Source: an uncultured Acidobacteriota bacterium | GTDB lineage: Bacteria > Acidobacteriota > Thermoanaerobaculia > Multivoradales > UBA5704 | Assembly (NCBI GenBank): GCA_963700145.1 | Contig: OY969474.1 | Span: forward strand, 992,001 to 1,056,000 | Direction: 5' to 3' | DNA length: 64,000 nucleotides | Shown here: one piece after another, positions 47,373 through 58,905 of the stretch | How the letters are laid out: every line of letters starts with the position of its first letter | Position numbering within the stretch: position 1 is the first letter of the stretch | The notes under the pieces: model-generated | Told to the model about the DNA's origin: nothing | The model's input: only the letters and a program-made list of their open reading frames with translations | Database searches by the model: none | Program-made: the position numbers and the translations under genes

Positions 47373-48585
47373 GGGGGGCGAGGGCGGGGGTGAAGAGGTC
47401 GAGCAGGTCGCCGGCGAGGCGGGTCTTCGGACGGCGGGAGAGGAAGACGGGCTCGCCGTCCCGCCGGAAGACGGTCACCTCGTTGGCCTCCTGGCCGAAG
47501 GCGATGTCGGCGCGGGAAACGTCGTTGGCGACCAGGAAGTCGCACCCCTTGCGCGCCAGCTTGGCGCGTGCCGCCGCCTCGAGGTCGCCGGTCTCGGCGG
47601 CGAAGCCGACGGTGACCGCGCCCGGGGCCCAGCGCGGCAGCTCGGCGAGGATGTCCGGGGTCGCCGCGAGCTCCAGCCGCGGCACCCCCTGCTCCTTCTT
47701 GAGCTTGGCGGCGGCGGGACGGACCGGCGCGTAGTCGGCCACCGCCGCGGCCATGACCACCAGGTCCGCCGCCGGCGCCAGCTCGCGCACCGCGGCGGCC
47801 ATCTCGGCGGCGGTCTCGACGTCCGTCCGCTCGACCCCCGCCGGCGTCGGCAGGGCCACCGGCCCCGCCACCAAGAACACGCGGGCGCCGCGGCGGGCGG
47901 CCTCGTCCGCCAGCGCGAACCCCATCTTGCCGCTCGAGCGGTTGCCCAGGAAGCGGACCGGGTCGATGGGCTCGTGGGTGGGGCCGGCGGTCACCAGGAC
48001 GGTGCGGCCGGCGAGCGGCGCGGCGGCCGCCGCCGCGGCGCGGCCGTGCGCCGCCGCCCAGGCCTCCTCCACCGCGGCGGCGATCGCCTCCGGCTCGGCC
48101 ATCCGCCCCATCCCGCTCTCCCCCGAGGCGAGCGGCCCTTCGACCGGCCCGACGAGACGGGCGCCGCGGCGGCGCAGGGCGTCGAGGTGGTCCTGGAGCG
48201 GCGCCTTCTCCCACATCCAGGGGTGCATCGCGGGGGCCAGCACCAGCGGCCCGGGGAAGGCGAGGGCGGTGGTGGTCAGGAAGTCGTCGGCGAGGCCGAG
48301 GGCGAGGCGGCCGAGCAGGTGGGCGGTGGCCGGGGCCACGCACAGCACCTCGGCCCACCGCGCGGCGGCGATGTGCCCCTCCTCGCCGCTGCCGCTCGCG
48401 GTGAGGTACTCCTCCTGCCAGACGGGATAGCCGGTGAGAACTTCGAGGGTCAGCGGCGTGATGAAGGAGGCGGCGCCGCGCGTCGCCGCGCAGCGCACCT
48501 CGTGGCCGCGCTCGCGCAGCCGGCGGACCAGCTCGGCCGCTTTGTAGGCGGCGATGCCGCCGCTGACTCCCAGCAGGACGCGGAT
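47344..48585 (-). CDS. coaBC: Phosphopantothenoylcysteine decarboxylase/ligase; start apparently non-canonical (ATC)
   Basis: [55 protein letters not shown]. Confidence 0.93.
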   Translation of the reverse strand: MRVLLGVSGGIAAYKAAELVRRLRERGHEVRCAATRGAASFITPLTLEVLTGYPVWQEEYLTASGSGEEGHIAAARWAEVLCVAPATAHLLGRLALGLADDFLTTTALAFPGPLVLAPAMHPWMWEKAPLQDHLDALRRRGARLVGPVEGPLASGESGMGRMAEPEAIAAAVEEAWAAAHGRAAAAAAAPLAGRTVLVTAGPTHEPIDPVRFLGNRSSGKMGFALADEAARRGARVFLVAGPVALPTPAGVERTDVETAAEMAAAVRELAPAADLVVMAAAVADYAPVRPAAAKLKKEQGVPRLELAATPDILAELPRWAPGAVTVGFAAETGDLEAAARAKLARKGCDFLVANDVSRADIAFGQEANEVTVFRRDGEPVFLSRRPKTRLAGDLLDLFTPALAPRERSLPGAR

Positions 48586-48597
48586 CGGCCGCTCCCG

Positions 48598-48843
48598 CTA
48601 GTGAACCTCGGCCGCCGCCGCTTCCTCGCTGGCCGCCTCGGCCGGCGGCTCGGGCTGCGGCGCCGGGCCGTAGTCCCACTCCACCATGTCGCCGTGGATC
48701 TCCTCCATGGCGAGGAGGGTGGGCTTCTTCTTCTCGGCGTCGCGCTTGGGGCGCGCGCCGCGCATGAGCTGCTCGGCGCGCTTGGCGGCGAGCAGCACGA
48801 GTCGGAACTTGCTGTCGATCTCTGGCGGCATATTCGGTTCCAT
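48598..48843 (-). CDS. rpoZ: RNA polymerase omega subunit
   Basis: DSKFRLVLLAAKRAEQL; gmk-rpoZ-coaBC synteny. Confidence 0.93.
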   Translation of the reverse strand: MEPNMPPEIDSKFRLVLLAAKRAEQLMRGARPKRDAEKKKPTLLAMEEIHGDMVEWDYGPAPQPEPPAEAASEEAAAAEVH

Positions 48844-48893
48844 GCGTCCTCATCGGACCGGCGGCGAGGGGCCGCCGGTGCTGCTTGGTGGGC

Positions 48894-49523
48894 TCAGACC
48901 CGTTCCTGGAAGCTGGCCAGGACCTCCTGGATGCGCTCCCGCATCCGCTCCTGGCCGTGGCGCTTTTCGAGGATGATCGCCGCCAGGACTTCCCCGGCCC
49001 GGCGGACATCGTCGTTGATTATAACGTATCGGTAGCGGTCGTAACGGCTGATCTCCCAAATGGATACGTGCAGGCGGCGGCGGATGGCCTCGGGGTCGTC
49101 CAGGCCGCGCCCGGCGAGACGCGCCTCCAGGGCCTCGTAGGAGGGGGGCAGGACGAAGACGCTCTGCGCCTCGGGGTGGCGGGCCAGCACCTGCTCGGCC
49201 CCCTGGACGTCGATGTCCAGCACCACGTCGGTCCCCTGATCGAGGCGCGGAAAGACCTCCCGCTTGGCGGTCCCGTAGCGGTTGCCGTGGACGACCGCCC
49301 ACTCCAGGAACTCGCCGGCCTCGACCATGCGCTCGAACTCCGCGGCGGAGACGAAGTGGTAGTCGCGGCCGTCCACCTCGCCGTCGCGCGGCCGGCGGGT
49401 GGTGTGGGAGACCGAGAAGGCGATGTCGCCGGTGGCGCCGAGGCGGCCGTCGAAGAGGCTGCGGATGAGGGTCGTCTTGCCGGCGCCGGACGGCGCGGAG
49501 ACGATGAACAGCTCGCCCGGCAT
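48894..49523 (-). CDS. gmk: Guanylate kinase
   Basis: SAPSGAGKTT, SHTTRRPR..DGRDYHF, LDIDVQGA. Confidence 0.95.
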   Translation of the reverse strand: MPGELFIVSAPSGAGKTTLIRSLFDGRLGATGDIAFSVSHTTRRPRDGEVDGRDYHFVSAAEFERMVEAGEFLEWAVVHGNRYGTAKREVFPRLDQGTDVVLDIDVQGAEQVLARHPEAQSVFVLPPSYEALEARLAGRGLDDPEAIRRRLHVSIWEISRYDRYRYVIINDDVRRAGEVLAAIILEKRHGQERMRERIQEVLASFQERV

Positions 49524-49546
49524 GGGGGCGGGATCGTAACAGACGG

Positions 49547-50425
49547 TCACTCCACGTTCTGCACCTGCTCCCGCAGCTGCTCGCAGAGCACCTTGCCGTC
49601 GAGGACGGCGCGGACCATCTCGGTGTGGCGACCCTTGGCGCCCAGGGTGTTGAGCTCGCGGAAGACCTCCTGGGTCAGGAAGTCGAGGCGCTTGCCGGCC
49701 GGCTCGCGGGCGCCCATCACCTCGCGGAAGTGCTGCAGGTGGGAGGACAGCCGGTCCAGCTCCTCGCGCACGTCGCTGCGGTCGACGAGGAGCGCCACCT
49801 CCTGCACCAGCCGCGGCTCCTCCACCGCCTGCCCGCGCAGCAGCTCGGCGAGCCGCCGCGACAGCCCGGCGGCCAGCTCCTCGCGCACCGGCCCCTGCAG
49901 CGCCTCGAGGCGCTCGACGACCTCGGCGAGCCCCTCCAGCCGGCGCTCCAGCGCCGCCGCCAGGTGCCGCCCTTCGAGGTCGCGCCCGGCGTCGAGCTGG
50001 TCGAGGGCCTCCTCGGCCACCCGCAGCAGCAGCGCCTCGTCCTCGCCGCTCCACTCGTCCGGCTCGAGCTCGACGCGGAAGGCCTCCGGCAGGCGGAGGA
50101 GGTCGCCGGCGGTGAGCTCGCCGGCGATCAGGCCCTGCGACACCAGGTCGTGCGTGGCCGCGTGGGCGGCGCGGACGACGCCCATGTGCAGCTCGACCCG
50201 CGCCTGCCGCTCGCCCAAGGCCCGCGCCTCGACGCGCACCTCCACCCGCCCCCGCGCGACGTGCGCGGCGATGCGCTCGCGCAGCGCGGCCTCGCTGCCG
50301 CGCGCCGCCTCGTCGAGCCGCGCCTGCACGTCGAGGAAGCGGTGGTTGACGGCGCGCAGGGCCACCGTTACCGCGTGCCGGCGGTTCTCGCCCGAGGCCT
50401 GCCCGAAACCGGTCATGCTGCGCAT
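49547..50425 (-). CDS. yicC: YicC/YloC family endoribonuclease
   Basis: MRSMTGFG, VNHRFLD, GKRLDFLTQE..RELNTLGAK, EQVQNVE. Confidence 0.93.
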   Translation of the reverse strand: MRSMTGFGQASGENRRHAVTVALRAVNHRFLDVQARLDEAARGSEAALRERIAAHVARGRVEVRVEARALGERQARVELHMGVVRAAHAATHDLVSQGLIAGELTAGDLLRLPEAFRVELEPDEWSGEDEALLLRVAEEALDQLDAGRDLEGRHLAAALERRLEGLAEVVERLEALQGPVREELAAGLSRRLAELLRGQAVEEPRLVQEVALLVDRSDVREELDRLSSHLQHFREVMGAREPAGKRLDFLTQEVFRELNTLGAKGRHTEMVRAVLDGKVLCEQLREQVQNVE

Positions 50426-50438
50426 GGATCGTCCTCCG

Positions 50439-51068
50439 TCATTGCTGGGCCAGCTCTTCCGCCCGCGCCTCGGCGGCGTGCAGCCGCCGCCCCAGCTCCT
50501 CGGCGTAGGCGGGGACTTCGGCGTCGCGCGGCACCGCCAGCGGCTCGCCGCAGACGAAGTGGACGGTGGCGAGCGGCAGCGGCACGACGAAGCGGTCCCA
50601 GCTCTTGAGCCGCCGGCGGCGCGTCGCGGCGTAGGCCACCGGCTGGATCGGGAAGCCGGTCGCCGCCGCCGCCAGGATCACCCCCGGCTGCACCACCCCG
50701 GCCGGACCGCGCGGGCCGTCGGGGGTGAAGGCGAGGTCGTAGCCGGCCTTCGCCTTGCGCAGCAGCTCGCGCAGCCCCACCGCGCCGCCGCGGCTGGTCG
50801 AGCCGCGCGAGGAGTCGATGCCGAGGCGCCCCACGGTGCGCGCGATCAGCTCGCCGTCCCGGCTCGCCGAGACCAGCACCGAGATCCGCCGCCCGCGGTA
50901 GACGTACGGCATGAGCAGCAGGTGGCGGTGCCAGAAGGTGAGGATGAAGCGCTCGTCGTTCGTCTCCCACCGCCGCTGCGCCGCGTCGCCGTGCCGGCGC
51001 ACCCGCACCGTAGCGCGCAGCCCGCGGATGACGGCGGCGGCCAGGAAGGAGACGAGCGCGGTCCCCAG
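50439..51068 (-). CDS. DUF374 / lysophospholipid acyltransferase family protein; probable CTG start
   Basis: FWH, SASRDGE, RGSTSRGG, TPDGPRGP, SWDRF; GAGGAG 5 nt before CTG 51068. Confidence 0.85.
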   Translation of the reverse strand: MGTALVSFLAAAVIRGLRATVRVRRHGDAAQRRWETNDERFILTFWHRHLLLMPYVYRGRRISVLVSASRDGELIARTVGRLGIDSSRGSTSRGGAVGLRELLRKAKAGYDLAFTPDGPRGPAGVVQPGVILAAAATGFPIQPVAYAATRRRRLKSWDRFVVPLPLATVHFVCGEPLAVPRDAEVPAYAEELGRRLHAAEARAEELAQQ

Positions 51069-51077
51069 GCGCGCTCC

Positions 51078-52994
51078 TCACACCCTGAACTGCAGGTCGT
51101 ACAGCCGCTTGTACCGCCCGCCGAGGGCCAGCAGCTCGTCGTGCGAGCCCTCCTCGACGATCCGCCCGCCGTCCATCACCACGATGCGGTCGGCCCGCAT
51201 CACCGTCGACAGGCGGTGGGCGATGACCAGCGTCGTCCGCCCCTGCATCAGGTTGTAGAGCGCCTTCTGCACCAGCGCCTCGGACTGGCTGTCGAGCTGC
51301 GAGGTGGCCTCGTCGAGGATCAGGATCGGCGCGTTCTTGAGCAGCGCGCGGGCGATCGCCAGGCGCTGCCGCTGGCCGCCCGAGAGGCGCAAACCGCCCT
51401 CGCCGATCACCGTGTCGTAGCCCTGCTCCATCTCCATGATGAACTCGTCGGCGTAGGCGGCGGCCGCCGCCTCGCGCACGCGCTCCAACGGCAGGTCGGA
51501 GCGGCCGTAGGCAATGTTGTTGCGCACGGTGTCGTTGAACAGCACCGTCTCCTGCGTCACCAGGCCGATCAGCGAGCGCAGGCTGCGGAGCTTGAGGTCG
51601 CGGATGTCGATGCCGTCGATCGTCACCCGGCCTTCGTCGGGATCGAAGAAGCGCGGCAGGAGGTTGACGAGGGTCGACTTCCCCGCCCCCGAATGGCCGA
51701 CCAAGGCCACGATCTCGCCGGCGCGGATCGGCAGCTCGACGTCTTGCAGCACCGGCGTCCGCTCGTAACCGAAGGAGACCCCTTCGTAATGCACCCCGTC
51801 GCGCACCGTGTCGAGGGTGCGGGCGCCGGGGCGCTCGGCGACCTCGTTGGGGATCGCCAGCAGGCGCGAGACGCGCTCGCCGGCGGCGGTCGCCTCCTGG
51901 AGGATCAGGTTCACCTTGTTCAGCTTGCGGATCGGGTCGTACATCATCAGCATGGTGGTCAGGAACTTGATCAGCTCGGGGGCGGTGAGGCTGCCGGCGC
52001 GGATGCTCTGCCCCGCCCAGATCAGCAGCGCCGCCGCCCCCAGGACCGCCAGCGACTCCACCACCGGCCCCGAGGCGTGCGACAGCATCTGCGCCCAGAG
52101 GTTGGCGCGCAGGTGGCGGCGGGTGGCGTGGCCGAAGCGCACCGCCTCGAACTCCTCCATGCCGAAGGCCTTGACCACGCGGTGGCCGCGCACCCCTTCG
52201 GTGAGCAGGCTCGCCAGGTCGGCCATCCGCTCCTGGCTGCGGTGGGTGGTGCGGCGCAGGCCGCGGCCGAAGCGCACGATCGGCACCAGCAGCACCGGCG
52301 CCGCCACCAAGGCGAAGAGGGCGAGCCGGAAGTGCGTCGAGAGCAAGAGGCCGAGCAGGAAGACCAGGGTGATCGACTGCTGGAAGAGGTCGAGCAGGCG
52401 GTTGGAGACCGCGTTCTGCATGATCGCCACGTCGTTGATCACCCGCGCCACCAGCTCGCCGGAGGGGTGCGCGGCGTGGAAGCGGCTCGACTGGTCGAGG
52501 ATGCGGCGGTAGAGGTCGTTGCGGATGTCGGTGGTGATCCCCAGGCCGATGTGCTGGAAGGCGTAGCCGGAGAGGAAGTCGGCGAGGCTGCGCAGCAGGA
52601 AGATGGCGACCAGCAGCAGCGGCACGAACCAGACCACGTCGTCGCCCTCGATCCCCAGCCGCCGCTTGAGCGAGGCGTAGGTGTCGTCGATCTGGTCGGC
52701 GAAGTCGAAGCGCTTGCGCAGGTCGGCCAGCAGGTCGGCCTCCGGCGCCGCGGCCGGTGTCGCGGATGGCGGCGCGGCGCCCGGTGCGGCGCCCGCCGAC
52801 GGCTCGGGCTGCGCGCCGCCGCCGAGGAGTGACGGCGCCTGATCGCCGGCGAGCAGCACCTCGCCGAAGACCGGCTCGATCAGCGCCACGAGACCCGCGG
52901 TGGCGACCGCGAAGACGAGGATCGAGACCGCGGCGAGGAGCGCCCAGCCGGTGTAGCGGCGGAGGTAGCGGAGGAAGAAGGAGGTGACCGTCAT
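51078..52994 (-). CDS. msbA: Lipid A export ABC transporter, MsbA-like
   Basis: TM domain plus GHSGAGKS, LSGGQRQR, ILDEATS; adjacent to lpxB. Confidence 0.88.
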   Translation of the reverse strand: MTVTSFFLRYLRRYTGWALLAAVSILVFAVATAGLVALIEPVFGEVLLAGDQAPSLLGGGAQPEPSAGAAPGAAPPSATPAAAPEADLLADLRKRFDFADQIDDTYASLKRRLGIEGDDVVWFVPLLLVAIFLLRSLADFLSGYAFQHIGLGITTDIRNDLYRRILDQSSRFHAAHPSGELVARVINDVAIMQNAVSNRLLDLFQQSITLVFLLGLLLSTHFRLALFALVAAPVLLVPIVRFGRGLRRTTHRSQERMADLASLLTEGVRGHRVVKAFGMEEFEAVRFGHATRRHLRANLWAQMLSHASGPVVESLAVLGAAALLIWAGQSIRAGSLTAPELIKFLTTMLMMYDPIRKLNKVNLILQEATAAGERVSRLLAIPNEVAERPGARTLDTVRDGVHYEGVSFGYERTPVLQDVELPIRAGEIVALVGHSGAGKSTLVNLLPRFFDPDEGRVTIDGIDIRDLKLRSLRSLIGLVTQETVLFNDTVRNNIAYGRSDLPLERVREAAAAAYADEFIMEMEQGYDTVIGEGGLRLSGGQRQRLAIARALLKNAPILILDEATSQLDSQSEALVQKALYNLMQGRTTLVIAHRLSTVMRADRIVVMDGGRIVEEGSHDELLALGGRYKRLYDLQFRV

Positions 52995-54196
52995 GAGGCC
53001 ACCTCCGGCGCCGCCGCCTCCTGCGGCCAGGTCACCGTGCCCGGCGGCGTGGGCAGGAGGCCGGTGCGCACCAGCGCCGCCACCACCTCCTCCGCCGCCC
53101 GCTCGGTCGCGCCCCCTTCGCCCAGGCACCCGCGCAGCTCGGCGAGCCCCTGCCGCATCGCCGCCACCGCCGCCGGGTCGCGGAGCAGCCGCGCCGCCTC
53201 GCGCGCCACCCGCGCCGGCGCGGTCTGGCGCTGGATCAGCTCCGGCACCACCTTCCGCCCGAGCACCAGGTTGACCAGGCTCACCCAGGGCAGGCGCACC
53301 AGGAGCCGGCCGAGCAGGTAGGAGGCGAGCTGGAGGTGGTAGAGGACGACGAGCGGCGTGCCCAGGAGCCCCACCTCGAGCGTCGCGGTGCCGGAGGCGC
53401 AGAGCGCCAGGTGAGAGCCGGCGACCGCGGCGAAGCGGTCCTCGGCGACGATCCGCACCGGCAGCCCGGAGAGGGCGATCTCCTCTTCCAAGAGCTCGCG
53501 CGGGATGGTCGGGGCCTGGATCAGCCGCGCCTCGACGGGCAGCTCGCGCGCCAGCAGGCGCACCGCCTCGAGCATCCGCGGCAGCAGCGGCTCCACCTCG
53601 CTCGGGCGCGAGCCGGGCAGCAGCGCGATGCGGTACGGCGCCCCCGCCGGCGGCGGCCCCTCGTCCCAGGCCTGCGGTAGCCGCGGCACCTCGTCCACCA
53701 GCGGGTGGCCGACGTGCCGGACCGTCACCCCGGCGCCGCGGTAGAACTCCGCCTCGAAGGGGAAGAGCACCAGCATCTCGTCGACCCGCTCGGCGATCGT
53801 CTCCACCCGCCGCCGCCGCCAGGCCCAGACCTGCGGGCTGACGTAGTAGACGACGTGCACGCCGCGCCGCTTGAGCTCGCGCGCCAGGCGCAGGTTGAAC
53901 TCGGGGAAGTCGATCAGCACCGCCGCCCGCGCCCGCCGCCGCTCCACCTCGGCGAGCAGCGCGGCGAAGACCTGCCGCGCCCGCGGCAGCACCTTGAGCA
54001 CCTCGGCGATCCCCACCACCGCCACCTCGCGGCTGTGCGCCACGGCCGCCAGGCCCGCGGCGCGCATCTCGTCGCCGCCCAGGCCGAACGGGCGCAGCCC
54101 CGGCACCAGCCGGCGCAGCGCGGCGAGGAGCCGCCCGCCGTGCAGGTCGCCGGAGGCCTCGCCGGCGACCAGCAGCAAGTCGACGCCGCGGTCCAC
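52991..54196 (-). CDS. lpxB: Lipid-A-disaccharide synthase
   Basis: AGEASGD, IDFPEFN, YVSPQVWAWR, GHPL, LPGSR, SGTATLE. Confidence 0.95.
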   Translation of the reverse strand: MDRGVDLLLVAGEASGDLHGGRLLAALRRLVPGLRPFGLGGDEMRAAGLAAVAHSREVAVVGIAEVLKVLPRARQVFAALLAEVERRRARAAVLIDFPEFNLRLARELKRRGVHVVYYVSPQVWAWRRRRVETIAERVDEMLVLFPFEAEFYRGAGVTVRHVGHPLVDEVPRLPQAWDEGPPPAGAPYRIALLPGSRPSEVEPLLPRMLEAVRLLARELPVEARLIQAPTIPRELLEEEIALSGLPVRIVAEDRFAAVAGSHLALCASGTATLEVGLLGTPLVVLYHLQLASYLLGRLLVRLPWVSLVNLVLGRKVVPELIQRQTAPARVAREAARLLRDPAAVAAMRQGLAELRGCLGEGGATERAAEEVVAALVRTGLLPTPPGTVTWPQEAAAPEVAS

Positions 54197-54204
54197 CGCG
54201 GGGC

Positions 54205-54399
54205 TCAGGGGATCGGGGCGGGCGGCCCCGGCGGGAAGGGGTACATCAGCCAGGCCAGGGCCAGCCCGCCCCCCACCATGCCGATGAACATCTGGAGGAA
54301 GAGCTTGATCCGCTCGCCGCGCTCGCGCCGCCAGAGCAGGGCGAAGAAGAGACTGACGATCAGGGCGTAGGCGACCATCAGGGCGAAGTGGCTGAGCAT
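54205..54399 (-). CDS. Small two-TM membrane protein
   Basis: Two hydrophobic helices; sits in-operon. Confidence 0.7.
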   Translation of the reverse strand: MLSHFALMVAYALIVSLFFALLWRRERGERIKLFLQMFIGMVGGGLALAWLMYPFPPGPPAPIP

Positions 54400-54411
54400 T
54401 ACGGTGGGCCC

Positions 54412-54831
54412 TCAGTCCTTCTTGCCCAGGGCGATGTCCCAGGCGTCGAGCACCAGCAGGAGGTTCATCAGGCCGGCGGTCAGGATGAAGGCGGTGCCGT
54501 ACTCGTAGCCGGGGGCGATCACCTCGCCGGTGTAGCCCGCGAGATACCGGAGCAGGAAGTAGGGCAGCCCCATGCCCATGGAGCCCAGCGTCGCCAGGTA
54601 GGAAAGCGGCTGGCCGGGTAGCGGCCGGTAGAGGTTGCCGTGGAGCGCCACGCCGAGGGCCAGCGAGGCCGCCACCAGGCCGAGGAAGGCGAGCGCCCGT
54701 CCCCGCCGTCCCAGGTACCAGTGCCCGGCCCCGGGCACCAGCCAGGCGACGACCGCCGCCACCCAGGGGTTGCCCACCGGCGCCGCCTGCTCCTCGGGAG
54801 CGGCCTGCGCCTCACGCGTCGGTTCGGCCAC
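54412..54831 (-). CDS. Membrane protein (DUF6677-like)
   Basis: AWLVPGAGHWYLG..YEYG..AGLMNLL..DA. Confidence 0.75.
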   Translation of the reverse strand: MAEPTREAQAAPEEQAAPVGNPWVAAVVAWLVPGAGHWYLGRRGRALAFLGLVAASLALGVALHGNLYRPLPGQPLSYLATLGSMGMGLPYFLLRYLAGYTGEVIAPGYEYGTAFILTAGLMNLLLVLDAWDIALGKKD

Positions 54832-55324
54832 GCGCCTCCTCCCGCAAGAACAGCTCCCGCAGCCGCGCCCGCGCCGCGCCCAGGTCCTCGGGCACCACGC
54901 GCACGCCGGCCACGACGCTCATGAAGTTGGTGTCTCCGGCCCAGCGCGGGACGACGTGGACGTGGAAGTGCCCAGGCACCCCGGCGCCGGCCGGCTCGCC
55001 CAGGTTCATCCCCAGGTTGAAGCCGTCGGGCGAGTAGGCGGCCGCGAGCGTCCTGTGCGCCGCCAGCACCACCGGCCAGAGCTCGGCCCGCGCCGCGGCG
55101 TCGCTCTCCTGCGGCGAGGCGACGTGGGCGAGCGGCGCCACCATCAGATGCCCGCTGGCGTAGGGGTGGCGGTTCAGCATGACCAGGTGGTGGCCGGCGG
55201 TCCAGACGACCAGCGACTCGGGGTCGTCCGGGCGGCGCGCCGCGGCGCAGAAGAAGCACTCCGCGGCGGCCTCCTTGGACTGCGTGATGTAGCTGTGCCT
55301 CCAGGGCGCGAAGAGCGTCTGCAT
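54812..55324 (-). CDS. HIT family hydrolase (Ap4A phosphorylase/Fhit-like)
   Basis: APWR, CFFC, GFNLGMNLG..AGAG..HFHVHVVPRW. Confidence 0.92.
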   Translation of the reverse strand: MQTLFAPWRHSYITQSKEAAAECFFCAAARRPDDPESLVVWTAGHHLVMLNRHPYASGHLMVAPLAHVASPQESDAAARAELWPVVLAAHRTLAAAYSPDGFNLGMNLGEPAGAGVPGHFHVHVVPRWAGDTNFMSVVAGVRVVPEDLGAARARLRELFLREEARGRTDA

Positions 55325-55343
55325 CGGGGGCGGCGGGACCGCC

Positions 55344-55658
55344 TCAGCACTCGTCGTTGAGCAGCTCCCGCAGCTCCTTGCCGGGCTTGAAGTAGGGGAT
55401 CCGCTTGGGCGGCACCTTGACCTTGTCGCCGGTCTTGGGGTTGCGCCCGGTGCGCGCGCCGCGGTGGCGGATGCGGAAGCTGCCGAAGCCGCGCAGCTCG
55501 ATCTTCTCCCCGGCCTTGAGCGACTTCACGATGCTGTCGAAGACCTCGTTGACGATGATCTCCGCGTGCTTCTTGGTGAGCTGGGTGGTGCGGGCGACTT
55601 CCTCGACCAGCTCGGCCTTCGTCATGCCGTCTTTGATCGCCGTCATCGTCTCCCCCAT
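55344..55658 (-). CDS. ihfB: Integration host factor beta / HU family DNA-binding protein
   Basis: MTKAELV..IELRGFGSF..GRNPKTG..FKPGKEL; downstream of rpsA. Start may be 55646 or 55625. Confidence 0.88.
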   Translation of the reverse strand: MGETMTAIKDGMTKAELVEEVARTTQLTKKHAEIIVNEVFDSIVKSLKAGEKIELRGFGSFRIRHRGARTGRNPKTGDKVKVPPKRIPYFKPGKELRELLNDEC

Positions 55659-55668
55659 TCGCGCAAGA

Positions 55669-57498
<1,830 letters not shown>

Positions 57499-57603
57499 AA
57501 AACGGAAATCCTCCTGGCGTTTGGATTCAGGCCCACGGCCTGTGCTCCCGCGGTCGCGGGAGGGACGAGTTCTGGCTAACTCCTTGAGAACTCGGAAATT
57601 CGG

Positions 57604-57632
57604 AGTATAGGGAGGGGCCGCTGGCGAGTCAA
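57604..57632 (-). promoter_or_regulatory. Sigma70-type promoter for rpsA
   Basis: TTGACT-17 nt-TATACT on the minus strand, about 100 nt upstream of the rpsA ATG. Confidence 0.85.
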
Positions 57633-57636
57633 CCCG

Positions 57637-58701
57637 CTAGCGATCAGCACCGGCTCCGCAGCGCTCCAGCGCCCAGGCGGCGTGGGAGCGGACGACGGGG
57701 TCGTCGTCGCCGAGCGCCTCCGTCAGGGCCGGGGCGTAGCGCGCGTCGCCGCGGTTGCCCATGGCGACGGCGGCGTTGCGGCGCAGGCCCTCGTACTTCG
57801 CGCGCTTCATCGGGCTGCCGCGGAAGCGCGTCACGTACTCCTCCCGCGAGAGGCGCAGGAGGCCGGCGAGGTCCAGCTCCGCGCGCTCCGGCGGCAGCCG
57901 CAGCTCGGGGTGGTCGGCGCCGGCCGGGGCGGCGTTCCAGGGGCAGGCCTCTTGGCAGAGGTCGCAGCCGAAGACCCACTCCCCCACCAGCACGCGCGCC
58001 GCCTCCGGCAGCGGCCCGCGGTGCTCGATCGTCCAGTAGCTGATGCAGCGGTCGCTCACCAGGCGGTAGGGCTCGGGCAGAGCGCCGGTCGGGCAGGCCT
58101 CCAGGCAGCGGGTGCAGCTGCCGCAGAGGTCGGCGAGCGGCGCGTCGGGAGCGAGGTCGAGAGTGGTGAACAGCTCCCCGAGCAGGAACCAGGAGCCCGC
58201 CTCCGGGTGCAGCAGGTTCGTGTGCTTGCCGACGGCGCCCAGCCCGGCGCGGCCGGCCAGCTCGCGCTCCAGGACCGGGCCGGTGTCGACGTACGGGCGG
58301 GTGGCGCTGCCGGGGAACGCGTCGGCGACGCGCGCCGCGAGCCGGCGGAGGCCCGCGGTCATCAGGTCGTGGTAATCGACGCCGCGGGCGTAGCGGGCGA
58401 CCCACGGCCAGAGGTCCGAGCGCTCGGGGCCGGGCGGGTCGTCCTCCCCGACAAGCGGGTGGTACTGGAGCGCTACGCAGAGGACGCTCCGCGCCCCCGG
58501 CAGGACCGTCGCCGGATCGAGCCGCGCCTCCACCCGCCGCTCCAGGTACCCCATCCCCGCCTGGTCGCCCCGCGCCAACCAGCGCAGGAACGCCTCCCCA
58601 TGCTCCGGCGCCTCCAGCGCCGCCACCCCGACCCGGTCGAAACCCTCCTCCAGGGCCCACGACTTCAGCAGCTCGGCCCGCGATCCCGAGTCCTCTTCCA
58701 C
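57637..58701 (-). CDS. queG: tRNA epoxyqueuosine reductase
   Basis: ARYARGVDYH, VDTGPVLER, CGSCTRCLEACP, CISYWTIE, GCDLCQEACPWN. Confidence 0.95.
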   Translation of the reverse strand: MEEDSGSRAELLKSWALEEGFDRVGVAALEAPEHGEAFLRWLARGDQAGMGYLERRVEARLDPATVLPGARSVLCVALQYHPLVGEDDPPGPERSDLWPWVARYARGVDYHDLMTAGLRRLAARVADAFPGSATRPYVDTGPVLERELAGRAGLGAVGKHTNLLHPEAGSWFLLGELFTTLDLAPDAPLADLCGSCTRCLEACPTGALPEPYRLVSDRCISYWTIEHRGPLPEAARVLVGEWVFGCDLCQEACPWNAAPAGADHPELRLPPERAELDLAGLLRLSREEYVTRFRGSPMKRAKYEGLRRNAAVAMGNRGDARYAPALTEALGDDDPVVRSHAAWALERCGAGADR

Positions 58702-58725
58702 GAAGTTAGCTTACCGGGTACCACG

Positions 58726-58892
58726 GTAGCCCTCCGGCGTGCGCTCCCCGGAGGCATGTCTGAGCGAGCGCCTGGCAAGCCCTTCGGCAGGCCTCAAGCG
58801 CGCTGGCGCGACGCGAAGCCAAGGCGCGCGACTCAGATCAGGAGTCCTCCCACTCGCGCGCCGGTGCCTCCGGGGAGCGCACGCCGGAGGGC
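58726..58892. repeat. REP/REPIN-like element with 28-bp inverted repeats
   Basis: GCCCTCCGGCGTGCGCTCCCCGGAGGCA (58729-58756) and its exact reverse complement (58865-58892); the left arm starts within GTAG. Confidence 0.8.
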
Positions 58893-58905
58893 GGTGCATC
58901 ACGCA

